DNA from: Candidatus Multivorans sp.
GTDB taxonomy: Bacteria > Acidobacteriota > Thermoanaerobaculia > Multivoradales > Multivoraceae
Direction: 5' to 3'
Assembly: GCA_965247095.1 (NCBI GenBank)
Contig: OZ251997.1
Span: 3,840,001 to 3,904,000 of the forward strand
Length of the DNA stretch: 64,000 nt
Numbering within the stretch: the stretch's first letter is position 1; each line of letters begins with the position of its first letter. Made by a program: the position numbers and the translations under genes. This document shows positions 1 to 9,904 of the stretch, in pieces. The notes under the pieces were generated by a model. It saw only the letters and a program-made list of their open reading frames with translations, was not told the DNA's origin and searched no databases.

Positions 1-839
1 CGGATGACGCAGTCCTCGCCGTGGATGGAAGGCATCACGGAGACCCGGAAGTCGATCGTGCGACCGCTGACCCGGACCTTGAAACGCCCGTCCTGCGGGA
101 TCCGTTTCTCGGCGATGTCGAGTTCCGACATGACCTTGATCCGGCTGACGATGGTCTGGTGGTGGCGGCGGTCGATCGGTTCCATCGCCTGGTACAGCAC
201 CCCGTCGATGCGGTACTTGATGATCACTTCGTGTTCGCGCGTCTCGATGTGAATGTCCGACGCGCGCCGCTGGATCGCGTTGAAGAGGGTGGAGTCGACC
301 AGCTTGATGATCGGGCTCTGATCGGCCGAGATACGGTCGATCGAGAGCACTTCGCCGCTGTCCTCGTCCTCCTGGACGAGTTGGATCTTGAAGTCCTCGG
401 TCGCCTCGTCCAGGACTCGCTGTGCGCTCTCGGACTTCTGGAGCAGATCCTCGATGTCGGTGCGGGCGCCGATCCGGGCCTCCAGCGGCTGGCCCAGTTG
501 CAACTCCAGCTCGTCCAGCTTGACCACGTCCGTCGGATCGGCCATCACGACCGCGAGGCGGCCCTCCAACTGGCGCTCGGGGATGAAGCCGTAGCGGAGC
601 ATCAGGTCGAACGGGATGTGACGGAAGAGGTCGTTGTCGATGCGGAAGTTCTCGAGGTCGGCGACCTCCAGGCCGAACCGGGCCGCGACCTGAGCCGCTT
701 CGGCCCGTTCCCGGGCGAGCCGGCGCTCATCCTCGTTCACCAGGCGCAGGCCTTCGAAGTCCGAGACGCCCTCCGCGATGAGGCGCCGGTTCCGCGCCGC
801 GACCTTCTCGTCCTGGGTGACTGCGTCCTGGATGACCAT
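1..839 (-). CDS. pilB: Type IV pilus/T2SS assembly ATPase (PilB/GspE family), 5' part; runs off the window edge
   Basis: Minus-strand translation from ATG at 839 contains ASDIHIETREHEVIIKYRIDGVL, the GspE/PilB N2 motif; the start overlaps the pilC stop. Not in the ORF track, presumably because no stop lies in the window. Confidence 0.85.
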   Translation of the reverse strand, partial: MVIQDAVTQDEKVAARNRRLIAEGVSDFEGLRLVNEDERRLARERAEAAQVAARFGLEVADLENFRIDNDLFRHIPFDLMLRYGFIPERQLEGRLAVVMADPTDVVKLDELELQLGQPLEARIGARTDIEDLLQKSESAQRVLDEATEDFKIQLVQEDEDSGEVLSIDRISADQSPIIKLVDSTLFNAIQRRASDIHIETREHEVIIKYRIDGVLYQAMEPIDRRHHQTIVSRIKVMSELDIAEKRIPQDGRFKVRVSGRTIDFRVSVMPSIHGEDCVI

Positions 840-2080
840 CAGCCCTGCACCTGTCCGAGCACGCTGAACAGCGGCAGATACATGGAAAGGACGAGCAGCG
901 CGATGGTGAAGCCCATGACCACCAGCATCACCGGCTCGATCAGGGAGAGCAGCCGCTCGGTACGGGTCTCGATGTCCTCGTCGAGAAAGTCGGAGACGCT
1001 GTTCACCATTTCGTCCAGCGCTCCGGTCGCCTCACCGACCTTGACCATGTCGATGGCGAGATCGGTGAACACTTCGGATTCCTCGAGCGCGGTATGGAAG
1101 GCCGCACCCTCCCGGATCCGCGGCCCGAGCGCCACGGCTCGTCGGTGGAGAAACCTGTTCGTGACCGCGGAAGCCGAGGTGTCGAGCGCCGCGGCCAGTG
1201 GCAGGCCACCGTGTAGCAGAGTGGCCAGGGAGCGGCAGAACTCGGACAGCGCGAAGCGGTGGAGGATCGGTCCGATGATCGGGAGCCGCAGCTTCAGGCG
1301 GTCGACCATGGCGCCGAGACGACCGCTGTTTCCCACTCTCCAGGCGGCCCAACCGCCGATCGCCGCCGCGGCGAGGAAGACCAGTGTGGTCGGATTGCGC
1401 AGCAGTTGGGACAAGCCGAGCAACGTCTGCGTAATCCAGGGCAGGTCGAGGTCGAGGGCCTGGTAGAACTCCTCGAAGCGCGGCATGACGAAGAACATCA
1501 TCACTGTCACGATGCCGGCCGACAGGCAGACCAGCAACGCGGGGTAGAAGAGCGCGCTGACCACGCGCTTGCGGGAACTGGTGACCAGTTTGAGTTGCCG
1601 GACGTAGCGGCGGATCACCCGCTCCAGCCCGCCGCTCTGCTCGCCGGCCTTGAGCATCGACGCGTAGATCGGCGGGAAGGCGCCGCCGGTGGCGGCGAAC
1701 GCCTCGGAGAGTTCCTCGCCGCCCTCGACCCGCTCCTTGATCTCGCCCAGCGCTTCCTTGAACTCGGCGTTGCGCTGCCGTTCGTGCATCAGCTCCAAGC
1801 ACTGGAGCAGGGGCAGTCCGGCGCCGAGCAGGCCGGCCAACTGTTGATTGAAGACCAGGAAGTCCTGACCGGGGATCGTCTTGCGTGAGCTGCCCTGCAA
1901 GGCCGCCGAGGCCGGTCCCAGCAGCGATCCCAGCATGTTCTGCAGGCCGCGGCGCCTGATCTCGAAGACGTGGAGTCCGCGGCGCTCGATCTCGCGCCGC
2001 GCGCTGCGGAGATCCGGAGCCTCGTGAATCTGCTCGACGATGCGGCCGTCGGCAGTGCCCAGCCGGCAGACGAACTGCAT
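839..2080 (-). CDS. pilC: Type II secretion/T4P inner-membrane platform protein (PilC/GspF)
   Basis: Two T2SSF repeats (FNQQLAGLLGAGLPLLQCL...AGEQSGGL; MVKVGEATGALDEM...LIEPVM) with TM helices. Confidence 0.92.
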   Translation of the reverse strand: MQFVCRLGTADGRIVEQIHEAPDLRSARREIERRGLHVFEIRRRGLQNMLGSLLGPASAALQGSSRKTIPGQDFLVFNQQLAGLLGAGLPLLQCLELMHERQRNAEFKEALGEIKERVEGGEELSEAFAATGGAFPPIYASMLKAGEQSGGLERVIRRYVRQLKLVTSSRKRVVSALFYPALLVCLSAGIVTVMMFFVMPRFEEFYQALDLDLPWITQTLLGLSQLLRNPTTLVFLAAAAIGGWAAWRVGNSGRLGAMVDRLKLRLPIIGPILHRFALSEFCRSLATLLHGGLPLAAALDTSASAVTNRFLHRRAVALGPRIREGAAFHTALEESEVFTDLAIDMVKVGEATGALDEMVNSVSDFLDEDIETRTERLLSLIEPVMLVVMGFTIALLVLSMYLPLFSVLGQVQG

Positions 2081-2093
2081 GATCGGACCGGCC

Positions 2094-2813
2094 CTACTCG
2101 CCGGCGCCCAGGCTGTCTTGCTGGGATGGCCGGACGGTTACTGCGACCACGAGGCCGCTGGAGCTCGAGCCCCGGTACGGCAGCGCCAGCACCAGGGGCT
2201 TGCCGACCCAGACGTTCAGATGGCCGTTGAAGACGCCCTCGTCCAGAGCGTCGCCGCGGCTGCGCTCGATCTCGACGCCGTACAGCTTGACCCGGCGGTC
2301 GAGCAGCACGGTGCCGACCCGGAAGCCGAGCCGGAACTCGGCGCCGATCTCGAACCGGACGTCCTCTCCCTCCATGGCCTCGAAGTGGCCTTCGCCGAGC
2401 AGCCGGTAGCTCGTGAAGGGCAGCCAGTTGCGCAACTCGTCGGTGAGCTGCGCGGGCAGTTCGGATCGCGGATCGCTGCTGCCGCGGCGCGACGCTTCGA
2501 GAATGAAGATCTCGAACTCGATCTGACGGCGGGGGTGATCGAAGTCGCGCAGCAGAGCCAGCAGGTGCTCGAGGACGCTGCTCGCGTCTCTCAGCACGAG
2601 GGTGTTCGTCGCGCGTCGCAGTTCGATCGTGCCGTGAGGCGACATCTCGCCCTGCATCCACTCCAAGGCGTCGTCGGCGCGCTGATGTTGGAGCGTGAAC
2701 GCATGGCGGATCTGCGTCTCGGCCTCCTGCTGCGCGGCGAGGGAGACCCCGAGCAGCGTCAGGGCGGCCACGGCCAGGGCGATTCGCGCACCCGCGGAAG
2801 GCGCCGCCGTCAT
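2094..2813 (-). CDS. Exported protein with a secretin N3/NolW-like domain, too short for a full secretin
   Basis: Signal peptide followed by FTLQHQRADDA...GTIELRRATNTLVLRD...LLRDFDHPRRQIEFEIFILEA. Confidence 0.6.
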   Translation of the reverse strand: MTAAPSAGARIALAVAALTLLGVSLAAQQEAETQIRHAFTLQHQRADDALEWMQGEMSPHGTIELRRATNTLVLRDASSVLEHLLALLRDFDHPRRQIEFEIFILEASRRGSSDPRSELPAQLTDELRNWLPFTSYRLLGEGHFEAMEGEDVRFEIGAEFRLGFRVGTVLLDRRVKLYGVEIERSRGDALDEGVFNGHLNVWVGKPLVLALPYRGSSSSGLVVAVTVRPSQQDSLGAGE

Positions 2814-3376
2814 GGCGCGACCTCCGTGACCACGAGGACCACATCGAGGCTGGAGGCGAGGCCGTCGCCGGTGCGCTGGAACACACGCATCGGCTCGTCG
2901 CCGAGCGGCTCCACGAGCGGGGCCATGGCGACATGGGCCGGGAGGCTCAGCTCGGAACCCAGGACATCGCTCGCCGGCGGCGCGGTTTCCGGCCAGAGCA
3001 GGAAACTCAGGCCGAGCGCCGCGGCAGCAGCACCCGCTGCCAGCACCGACGCGATGGGCATCCGGCGGCGGGCGGTCCGCGCCGCGTTGAGCCGCTTTTC
3101 GGTTGCGCGCCCCTCCAGTTCGAGCAGGACCCGCTTGCGGAGTTCGTCGACTTCGTGGGCCATGTCGGTCCGGTCACGAGCGCCGGTGAAGTAGCCGCTG
3201 AAGGCGAGCAGCGGGTCGATCTGGAGCGAGACTGCGCGGCAGGGCCCGCAATCCGCCCGGTGGCGGAGGGCGTGTTCCCAGGCGCGGTCCACGGCCGCGG
3301 CGCCGACATCGGGGCTCCGTTCGGCGTCCTCGCGCCCGCGGACGAGCGCGGCCCAGTCCGGGCAGGCGGTAGTCAT
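2810..3376 (-). CDS. Membrane-anchored zinc-binding anti-sigma factor (ZAS-like)
   Basis: HxxxCxxC motif (HRADCGPC) and a single TM helix; overlaps the ECF sigma stop. Confidence 0.7.
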   Translation of the reverse strand: MTTACPDWAALVRGREDAERSPDVGAAAVDRAWEHALRHRADCGPCRAVSLQIDPLLAFSGYFTGARDRTDMAHEVDELRKRVLLELEGRATEKRLNAARTARRRMPIASVLAAGAAAAALGLSFLLWPETAPPASDVLGSELSLPAHVAMAPLVEPLGDEPMRVFQRTGDGLASSLDVVLVVTEVAP

Positions 3377-4083
3377 GAGCGTTCCTCGATCCCGGCATGC
3401 TGGACCCGGGCGTGTTGGGCGTATTCGGGGTACCGCTTCAGCAGTTCCTCGCGGAGTTGCCGGCGGCTGTTGAACAGATGGTTGCGGACGGTAGAGGGGC
3501 GAATGCCGAGGATGCGAGCGATCTCCTTGCCCTTCAGCCCCTCCATCTCGCGCAGCACGAAGACCGCGCGCTGCTTGTCGCTCAGAGTCGACGCCAGCTC
3601 ATGAAACACGGACTTGATCTCTCGTTCGGACAGGTTCTCGAGCTGCCGTGAAAAGGCTTCGCCGCTCTGGTGCTCGTGCTGCAACTGGAAGCCCTGCAGC
3701 GAGCGGATGCGGGACGAACGGGAGCGCAGGTGGTCGATCGCCAGGTTGGAGACGATGCGGTAGATCCAGGTGTTCGGGCTGTAGCGTTGGTCGAAGCGTT
3801 GGCGTGAGTCCCAGATCCGCAGGAAGGCGATCTGCACGATGTCGCGCGCGTCCTCCCGGTCGCCCACCATGCTGGTCGCCATGTGCAGCAACTGGGCGCC
3901 CTTGCGACGCATCAACTCATCGAGCGCGAGTTCGTCGTCACTGCGCATGCCCTCCAGCAGTTCGAGATCGGACGCCTCGGACCACGCCACCTTGCGCTGA
4001 CGGCGCGAATAGGCGATCGTCAGACCGCTCCGTGGAGGATCTTCGCGTGGCGGTTCCATGCGGATGACTTGCGCGGATCTCAT
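3373..4083 (-). CDS. ECF RNA polymerase sigma factor (RpoE family)
   Basis: Region 2 DARDIVQIAFLRIW...WIYRIVSNLAIDHLR; region 4 LSDKQRAVFVLREMEGLKGKEIARILGIRPSTVRNHL. Confidence 0.9.
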   Translation of the reverse strand: MRSAQVIRMEPPREDPPRSGLTIAYSRRQRKVAWSEASDLELLEGMRSDDELALDELMRRKGAQLLHMATSMVGDREDARDIVQIAFLRIWDSRQRFDQRYSPNTWIYRIVSNLAIDHLRSRSSRIRSLQGFQLQHEHQSGEAFSRQLENLSEREIKSVFHELASTLSDKQRAVFVLREMEGLKGKEIARILGIRPSTVRNHLFNSRRQLREELLKRYPEYAQHARVQHAGIEERS

Positions 4084-4249
4084 GCCTCGCTGTTGATACG
4101 GAGACCCGGGGCAAAGCGTCCAAAGACTGCGCTTCGAGGAACCTGGACGCTCTCCGCCCGGCCGCGACGACGACTGGAGGCGGCGGAATTATACTCCTGG
4201 ACCGGTGCGGTCCCGATCAGACGCCTCGTTTCCGGCCGCTCTTCAAAGC

Positions 4250-5530
4250 ATGTGGTTCCTCTACCAGCTCGCGATGGCGGCAGGGCTGGGCGTGGCGGCG
4301 CCGGTGCTGTTGGCCCGGCGAGGCCGTCACTATCTGGAGACCTTGCCGGCCCGGCTCGGCCGGTTGCCGGAGGCCCGAGGGGTGCGGCCGCTGTGGCTCC
4401 ACGCCGCCTCCGTCGGCGAGACCGCGGTCGCGGCGACCCTGGCCCCGGCCCTGCCTGCGGACCTCGATCTGCTGGTGACCACCGTCACGCCCACCGGTCA
4501 GGCGGCGGCGAAGAAGCACTTCATGCCGCTGGCCACGGGTGGCCGCAGTGTCGTCGTCACCTACCTGCCGTTCGACCTGGGTCCGTTGGTGTCCCGGTTC
4601 CTGGACCGGTACTCGCCGCGGGCCCTGGTGCTGCTTGAGAGCGAACTCTGGCCGCTCGTGCTGCGGAGTTGCGGCCGGCGTGGGATCCCGGTGGCCGTAG
4701 TCAACGCCCGCGTCAGCGACCGCAGCTTCGTCCGCATGAGGCGCGCCGGGCGTCTGTGCCGGCGGACGCTGCTCGATCCGGTCAGCCGCTTCGGCGCCCA
4801 AAGTCCTCAGGACGAGGATCGGCTGCGGCGCCTGGGCGCTTCGGGGCAGGCGGTATCGCTGACCGGCAACCTGAAGTTCGACACTCCGGAACCTGCGCCG
4901 GCCGCCGGCCTGGAGGAAGCCTTGGGCCGGCTCGCCGCGGGCCGGCCGATTCTGGTCGCCGGCTCGACCATGTTCGGCGAGGAGGGAACCGTCCTGGATG
5001 CCTTCGAGCGGCTGGGGCGCGAAGCGATGCTGGTTCTCGCGCCCCGCCATCCGGAGCGTTTCGACGAGGTCTGGCGCGAGGTCGAGCAGCGATCCCTGCC
5101 GGCACTGCGCCGGCGCCGCATGCAGTCGGCAGCAATGGGTGAGCCCCCGGCGGCGCCGGTTCGAGTCGTGCTGCTCGACTCTCTGGGCGAACTCGCCTCC
5201 ATCTACCGGTTGGCGTCCGCGGCGTTCATCGGCGGTTCGCTGGTCCCGACCGGCGGACACAATCCGATCGAGGCCGCGCGCTTCGGCGTGCCGGTGATCG
5301 TCGGCCCATCGATGGAGAACTTCCGGCGCATGGCCGACGACTTCGAAGCCGCGGGCGCCCTGACGGTGGTGCGGGACGGCGAGGCCCTTGCCTCCTCCTG
5401 GCGCCGCCTGCTGGAGCGGCCCGGCGAAGCGGCGGAGCAGGGCCGGCGGGGGTTCGAGATCGTCGACCGGAACCGCGGCGCGGTCAAGCGGTCGGTCCAA
5501 CTGCTCAGCGAACTGGTGGACCTGGGGTGA
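4250..5530 (+). CDS. waaA: 3-deoxy-D-manno-octulosonic acid (Kdo) transferase
   Basis: WLHAASVGE, YLPFD, ESELWP, GNLKFD, APRHPERF, GGHNPIEAA motifs; ATG at 4250. Confidence 0.95.
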   Translation: MWFLYQLAMAAGLGVAAPVLLARRGRHYLETLPARLGRLPEARGVRPLWLHAASVGETAVAATLAPALPADLDLLVTTVTPTGQAAAKKHFMPLATGGRSVVVTYLPFDLGPLVSRFLDRYSPRALVLLESELWPLVLRSCGRRGIPVAVVNARVSDRSFVRMRRAGRLCRRTLLDPVSRFGAQSPQDEDRLRRLGASGQAVSLTGNLKFDTPEPAPAAGLEEALGRLAAGRPILVAGSTMFGEEGTVLDAFERLGREAMLVLAPRHPERFDEVWREVEQRSLPALRRRRMQSAAMGEPPAAPVRVVLLDSLGELASIYRLASAAFIGGSLVPTGGHNPIEAARFGVPVIVGPSMENFRRMADDFEAAGALTVVRDGEALASSWRRLLERPGEAAEQGRRGFEIVDRNRGAVKRSVQLLSELVDLG

Positions 5531-6537
5531 AGGTGACCCGCAGTCCCTGGCAGCGCTTCTACGGCTGGGCGCACAGCCGGCGCCGGCGCTACTGGGCGAC
5601 CCGCTCCGAGAGCCTGAATCGGCCCACGGTGAGCGTCGGCAACCTGCACTGGGGCGGCAGCGGCAAGACGCCGACGGTGATCGCCGCGGCTTGCGGTTTG
5701 ACTGCTCAGGGCCCCTCCGGGCCCGGTCTCCGCGTGGCCGTGCTTTCGCGTGGCTACCGCCGGCGGGGCAGCGCGCCGCTCGTCGTCAGTCTCGGCGACG
5801 GCCCCCTGGTCACCGTCGAGGAGGCGGGCGATGAGCCGCTCATGATCGCCGACCAGGCGCCGGGCGTAGCCGTCGTCGTCGGCGCCGACCGCCGCGCGGC
5901 TGCCGCGCTGGCGCTAGGCCGCGACCCGGCCATCGACGTCTTCGTCCTCGACGACGGCTTCTCCCATGTCCGGGTGCGCCGCGACGTCGAGATCCTGACC
6001 TTCCCGGCTACGGACCCGTTCGCCGACGGCCTGCTGTTGCCGGGCGGTCGTCTGCGGGAGCCTCTGGCCATGGCGCGCCTGGCCGATGCCGCGGTGCTCA
6101 CCGGCCTCGAAGCGAGCGACGAACCGCTGGACGACTTCGAGCTGACCCTGCGCTGGCACGGCTTCGCCGGCAGGGTGTTCACCTCGACGCTCCGTGGCGA
6201 AGTCGTAGGCGGTCCGTTACCCAGCCGCCCCCTGCTGCTCACCGGCGTTGCCCGCCCGGAGCGCGTTGCCCGCACCGCGGCGGCCGCTGGCCTCGAATGC
6301 GTGGACCACCTCCGCTTCCCCGACCACCACAGCTACCCACAACGTTCGCTCAGCACCATTGCAGCAGCCTGCACCCGCCACCGCTGCGACGCTGTCCTCA
6401 CGACCTCCAAGGACGCGGTCAAGCTGCGTGGCCGGCTGCCCGAAGGCGCGCCGCCGTTGCTGGAACTCAAGGTCGAAGCCGAGATCGACGGTGTGTTCCT
6501 GCCCTGGCTCTTGGATCGGCTGCAAGGCTGCGGGTAG
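5527..6537 (+). CDS. lpxK: Tetraacyldisaccharide 4'-kinase
   Basis: VGNLHWGGSGKTP, VLSRGY, GDEP, LDDGF, PGGRLREP, FPDHH, TTSKDAVK. Confidence 0.95.
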   Translation: MKVTRSPWQRFYGWAHSRRRRYWATRSESLNRPTVSVGNLHWGGSGKTPTVIAAACGLTAQGPSGPGLRVAVLSRGYRRRGSAPLVVSLGDGPLVTVEEAGDEPLMIADQAPGVAVVVGADRRAAAALALGRDPAIDVFVLDDGFSHVRVRRDVEILTFPATDPFADGLLLPGGRLREPLAMARLADAAVLTGLEASDEPLDDFELTLRWHGFAGRVFTSTLRGEVVGGPLPSRPLLLTGVARPERVARTAAAAGLECVDHLRFPDHHSYPQRSLSTIAAACTRHRCDAVLTTSKDAVKLRGRLPEGAPPLLELKVEAEIDGVFLPWLLDRLQGCG

Positions 6538-6548
6538 ACGCGGACCTT

Positions 6549-6797
6549 ATGAGGAACCTCGAAGTCGAGGCGAAGCGGCAACAATCTTCCGCCTCAGAAC
6601 TGGCGGGAGAGGCGATCGAGGTCATGCTGCGCAGTCGCGCCGAGAAGCGCGCGGCGATACGCGCGGCAATCAGGGAAGCCGAAGCGGGATCGTTCGTGTC
6701 CGAGAAAGCGATGAACGACTGGGTGTCGTCGTGGGGCACCGATTCGGAGACCCCGGCGCCCGAGCCTGATGTGTTGCCCCGTTCTCGTGATCGGTGA
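6549..6797 (+). CDS. CopG/ribbon-helix-helix antitoxin-like protein (possibly N-terminally clipped)
   Basis: LRVDADLMRNLE...SELAGEAIE RHH pattern and GSFVSEKAMNDWVSSWGT tail typical of antitoxins paired with ParE-like toxins; GTGA overlap with the next gene. Confidence 0.6.
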   Translation: MRNLEVEAKRQQSSASELAGEAIEVMLRSRAEKRAAIRAAIREAEAGSFVSEKAMNDWVSSWGTDSETPAPEPDVLPRSRDR

Positions 6798-6950
6798 AGC
6801 TCGTTTTCCTGCCGGCCACACGCGCTGACTTGGCGTGGTGGATGCGCAGCTACTACGCTCGGATCTTCCCGGATGGAGCAAGGCACGCTGCCGAGGCCTC
6901 CTTCCCCGCTTGTGAATTGCCTCGAGGCTATCCGGCCCTAGGCCCGGATA
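6794..6950 (+). pseudogene. RelE/ParE-family toxin, truncated and decayed
   Basis: N-terminus MKLVFLPATRADLAW..RSYYARIFPDG...YPALG resembles ParE; sequence then switches to IS fragments. Confidence 0.55.
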
Positions 6951-7251
6951 CTTCACCGAGTCCGCGTGACGGGCGCTTGAGGCTCTGCGCGAGGACAGAC
7001 CGCTGTCGGAGATTGCGGCCCGTCACAAGACCACCGGCCGAAGGGAGAGAGCGCGGAGCATCCGGAGCGTTTCGGCCTTATCCGTACCTGCTCAAGGGCC
7101 TGAAGATCGAGCGCTCGCACTCGCCGCTTGGCGGCAGCACACCTAGCGAGGAATACCGCGAAGACCGCCCGGACGCGGCCGTCAGGCACCAGCCGGCAAC
7201 CCCGGACGATCGGCAGAATCCAAGTCTTACACAGCCCCGGCGACGGCTGTT
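6950..7251 (+). mobile_element. Internally deleted IS3-family remnant; its right end probably continues at ~10271-10345
   Basis: Adjacent fragments ALEALREDRPLSEIAARHK (OrfA), PYPYLLKGLKIER and HSPLGGSTPSEEY (OrfB) within 300 bp. Confidence 0.6.
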
Positions 7252-7305
7252 TGAGCTTGACCCGTTTTGGTGGACACCTCATTCTTGGAAGAGGAGGTAT
7301 CCACG

Positions 7306-7614
7306 ATGTCGAGAAGAAGGAGCCGGTACCCAGCAGAGTACCGGCAGCAGATGGTGGATCTGGTCCGGTCCGGGCGGAGCCCGGACCAACTAGCCCGCGA
7401 GTTCGAGCCGTCAGCGCAGTCGATCCGGAACTGGGTCGCCCAGGCGGACCGGGACGAGGGTCGCCGCAGCGACGGGAGCACGACGGCGGAGCGTGAGGAG
7501 TTGCGCCGTCTGCGCCGGGAGAATCGCCGGCTGCGGGAAGAGCGGGAGATCCTGGCAAAAGCAACGGCCTGGTTCGCTCGGGAGACGGAACCGAAGGGGT
7601 CTTCCGGTTCATGA
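7306..7614 (+). CDS. IS3-family transposase OrfA
   Basis: RYPAEYRQQMVDLVRSG...LRRLRRENRRLREEREILAKA; RBS GAGGAGG. Confidence 0.9.
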   Translation: MSRRRSRYPAEYRQQMVDLVRSGRSPDQLAREFEPSAQSIRNWVAQADRDEGRRSDGSTTAEREELRRLRRENRRLREEREILAKATAWFARETEPKGSSGS

Positions 7615-8272
7615 GAGCGCACCAGGCCGAGTTCCGCGTCACGACGATGGCCCGCGTGCTCGGCGTCTCCACGAGGGGGTTCTACGCCTGGCTGAAGCGC
7701 CCGCGGTCGGCCAGGGAGAAGTCGGACACCGCTCTCGCCGAGCGGGTGCGGGCGATTCACGAACGGAGCCGAGGGACCTACGGGGCGCCGAGGATTCAGG
7801 CTGAACTGGCCGACTGTGGGTTCGCAGTGAGCCGCAAGCGCGTTGCCAGACTGATGCGAGAGTCCGGCCTGGCGGGCATCAGCCGCCGCAAACGGCCGAC
7901 GACGACCCGTCGCGCCGCTTCGGTTCGCCCGGCGCCGGACCTCGTTGATCGGCAGTTCGTGGCTGAGGCCCCGGATCGACTGTGGGTCGCGGACATCACT
8001 TACGTTCCGACGCTTGCCGGGTTCGTGTACCTGTCGATCGTCCTGGACGTATTCAGTCGGCGAATCGTCGGCTGGGCCATGAATTCTTCTCTGGCAACCG
8101 ACCTCGTGCTCAGCGCTCTGGAGATGGCGATTGCCCAGCGGCGACCCGAGTGCGTGATCCACCACTCCGATCAAGGCAGCCAGCTTGGGTTCAAGGGATC
8201 GTCGCAACGCTTGGACGTCCAGGTCCGGTTCCGGTCCTCCTACGGGCGGAGTCTATTGGTTAGCCGTCGCCG

Positions 8273-8450
8273 GGGCTGTGGGAGGTGTGGGAAACGCGGA
8301 GGTCCTCCGGAGCGTTTTCCAAGCGGCTGCGGAAATCGCCTCAGCGATTTCCGAGGGGCCTGTGGGAGAGCTGTGTGAAGCGGGCGGGGGCCCGGGGGCT
8401 TTGCACAGCTCTTCCACCAGACCCGGCAGACGCGACACCTTCCACAGCCC
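8273..8450. repeat. Multi-hairpin palindromic element (structured RNA or MITE-like) inside the IS30 copy
   Basis: 16-bp closing stem GGGCTGTGGGAGGTGT/ACACCTTCCACAGCCC enclosing three internal hairpins. Confidence 0.7.
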
Positions 8451-8533
8451 TCCGGGACCGGCCGGGCGCATGGATCGAAGGCGTGCTCCCTGGCGGTCAG
8501 ATTCGATTGGAATCCCCGGTCGTTCTCAGCCGC

Positions 8534-9904
8534 CTACGTGTGTACGAGCTCCTCAAAGACTTCGGCAGGCGTTCTCCAGCCGAGTGTCTTGCGGGGTCGG
8601 CTGTTGAGGGCGAGCGCGACCGCGGAGAGGTCGTCGCTGGAGTATCTGACCAGGTCAGTGCCCTTCGGGAAGTACTGGCGTAGCAGCCCATTGGTGTTCT
8701 CGTTGGTGCCCCTCTGCCAGGGGCTTTGCGGATCGCAGAAGTAGATCGCGATTCCGGTGTCGACGCGGAGTTGAGCGTGTTGAGCCATCTCGGCGCCCTG
8801 GTCCCAGGTCAAGGATCGCCGGAGGTGCTCGGGCAGCGTCGTGATCGACGCCGCGATCGCGTCACGGACGGCTTCTGCGCCGTGCCCGGCGAGCGCCGGC
8901 CCGTTCTTCACCCTCGATTCGTTGCCGTGGCCTTCCATACGGGGCAGGTGCAGCAGCATTGTGAAGCGCGTAGTCCGTTCGACGAGGGTGCCGATCGCTG
9001 AGCTCTCGAGCCCGACGATCAGGTCACCTTCCCAGTGGCCCGGTACGGCCCGGTCGCCGGCTTCGGCGGGGCGTTCGCTGATCATGATTCCCGGGGTCAC
9101 AAACTTCTTGCCTGACCTCCGAGTACGCGCACGCGGCACACGTAGCGCTCGCCCGGTTCGCAGGCACGCGACGAGCTCGCGCTTGAGGGCTCCTCGACCT
9201 TGGATGTAGAGCGCTTGGTAGATCGCCTCGTGAGAGATCCGCATCGACTCATCATGAGGAAAATCGATGCGAAGCCGATTCGAGATCTGCTCCGGGCTCC
9301 ACGACTTCGCCCAACGCCGATCCTGGCGGCGACCGTGCCGACGGCCAATCCAACGCACAGCCGGACCGGGTACCGGCTCCCCGTCAGGCCTTGCGATCAA
9401 GCCGGCGAGGCGGTCCTGCACGTACTCACGCAAGGCGTCGTTCGCGGCAAGCTTGGAGACCTTCGGCCGGCTGGCGCGCCGCTCCGCGTGCCACTGGGCA
9501 GTCGTCGCTCGATAGGCGACGCCACCACTTCGAGTCGACGCGTTGCGGCGCAGCTCCCGCGAAATCGTCGACGGTGAACGGCCCATGCGTCGGGCGATTT
9601 CACGTACCCCAATGTGCTGAGCGTGAAGGATGGCGATCTCTTCCCGCTCGGCCAACGACAGATAACGCCCCGACACTGGAGCCAACGAAATAGGCGGCAT
9701 TCCGCCAGCTTCCCTGAACCATCTCGATCCGACTGCCTGCGACACTCCAGCTTCCCGTGCAGCATCCTCGGTGGACGCCCCACGAACGATCGCCTCCCAG
9801 AAGCGGACCCGATCCTCGCGATGCGCTGTCGAGGGACGGCCCGGCGACCACATCTGCCCACGCATCTCACGAATCGCACGCCTACGCTTACCAACTCCCA
9901 TCAC
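8534..9904 (-). CDS. IS30-family transposase
   Basis: LSLAEREEI...RSPSTISRELRRN, WSPEQI, GHWEGDL, LTWDQG, PWQRGTNENTNGLLRQYFPKG. Confidence 0.95.
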   Translation of the reverse strand: MMGVGKRRRAIREMRGQMWSPGRPSTAHREDRVRFWEAIVRGASTEDAAREAGVSQAVGSRWFREAGGMPPISLAPVSGRYLSLAEREEIAILHAQHIGVREIARRMGRSPSTISRELRRNASTRSGGVAYRATTAQWHAERRASRPKVSKLAANDALREYVQDRLAGLIARPDGEPVPGPAVRWIGRRHGRRQDRRWAKSWSPEQISNRLRIDFPHDESMRISHEAIYQALYIQGRGALKRELVACLRTGRALRVPRARTRRSGKKFVTPGIMISERPAEAGDRAVPGHWEGDLIVGLESSAIGTLVERTTRFTMLLHLPRMEGHGNESRVKNGPALAGHGAEAVRDAIAASITTLPEHLRRSLTWDQGAEMAQHAQLRVDTGIAIYFCDPQSPWQRGTNENTNGLLRQYFPKGTDLVRYSSDDLSAVALALNSRPRKTLGWRTPAEVFEELVHT

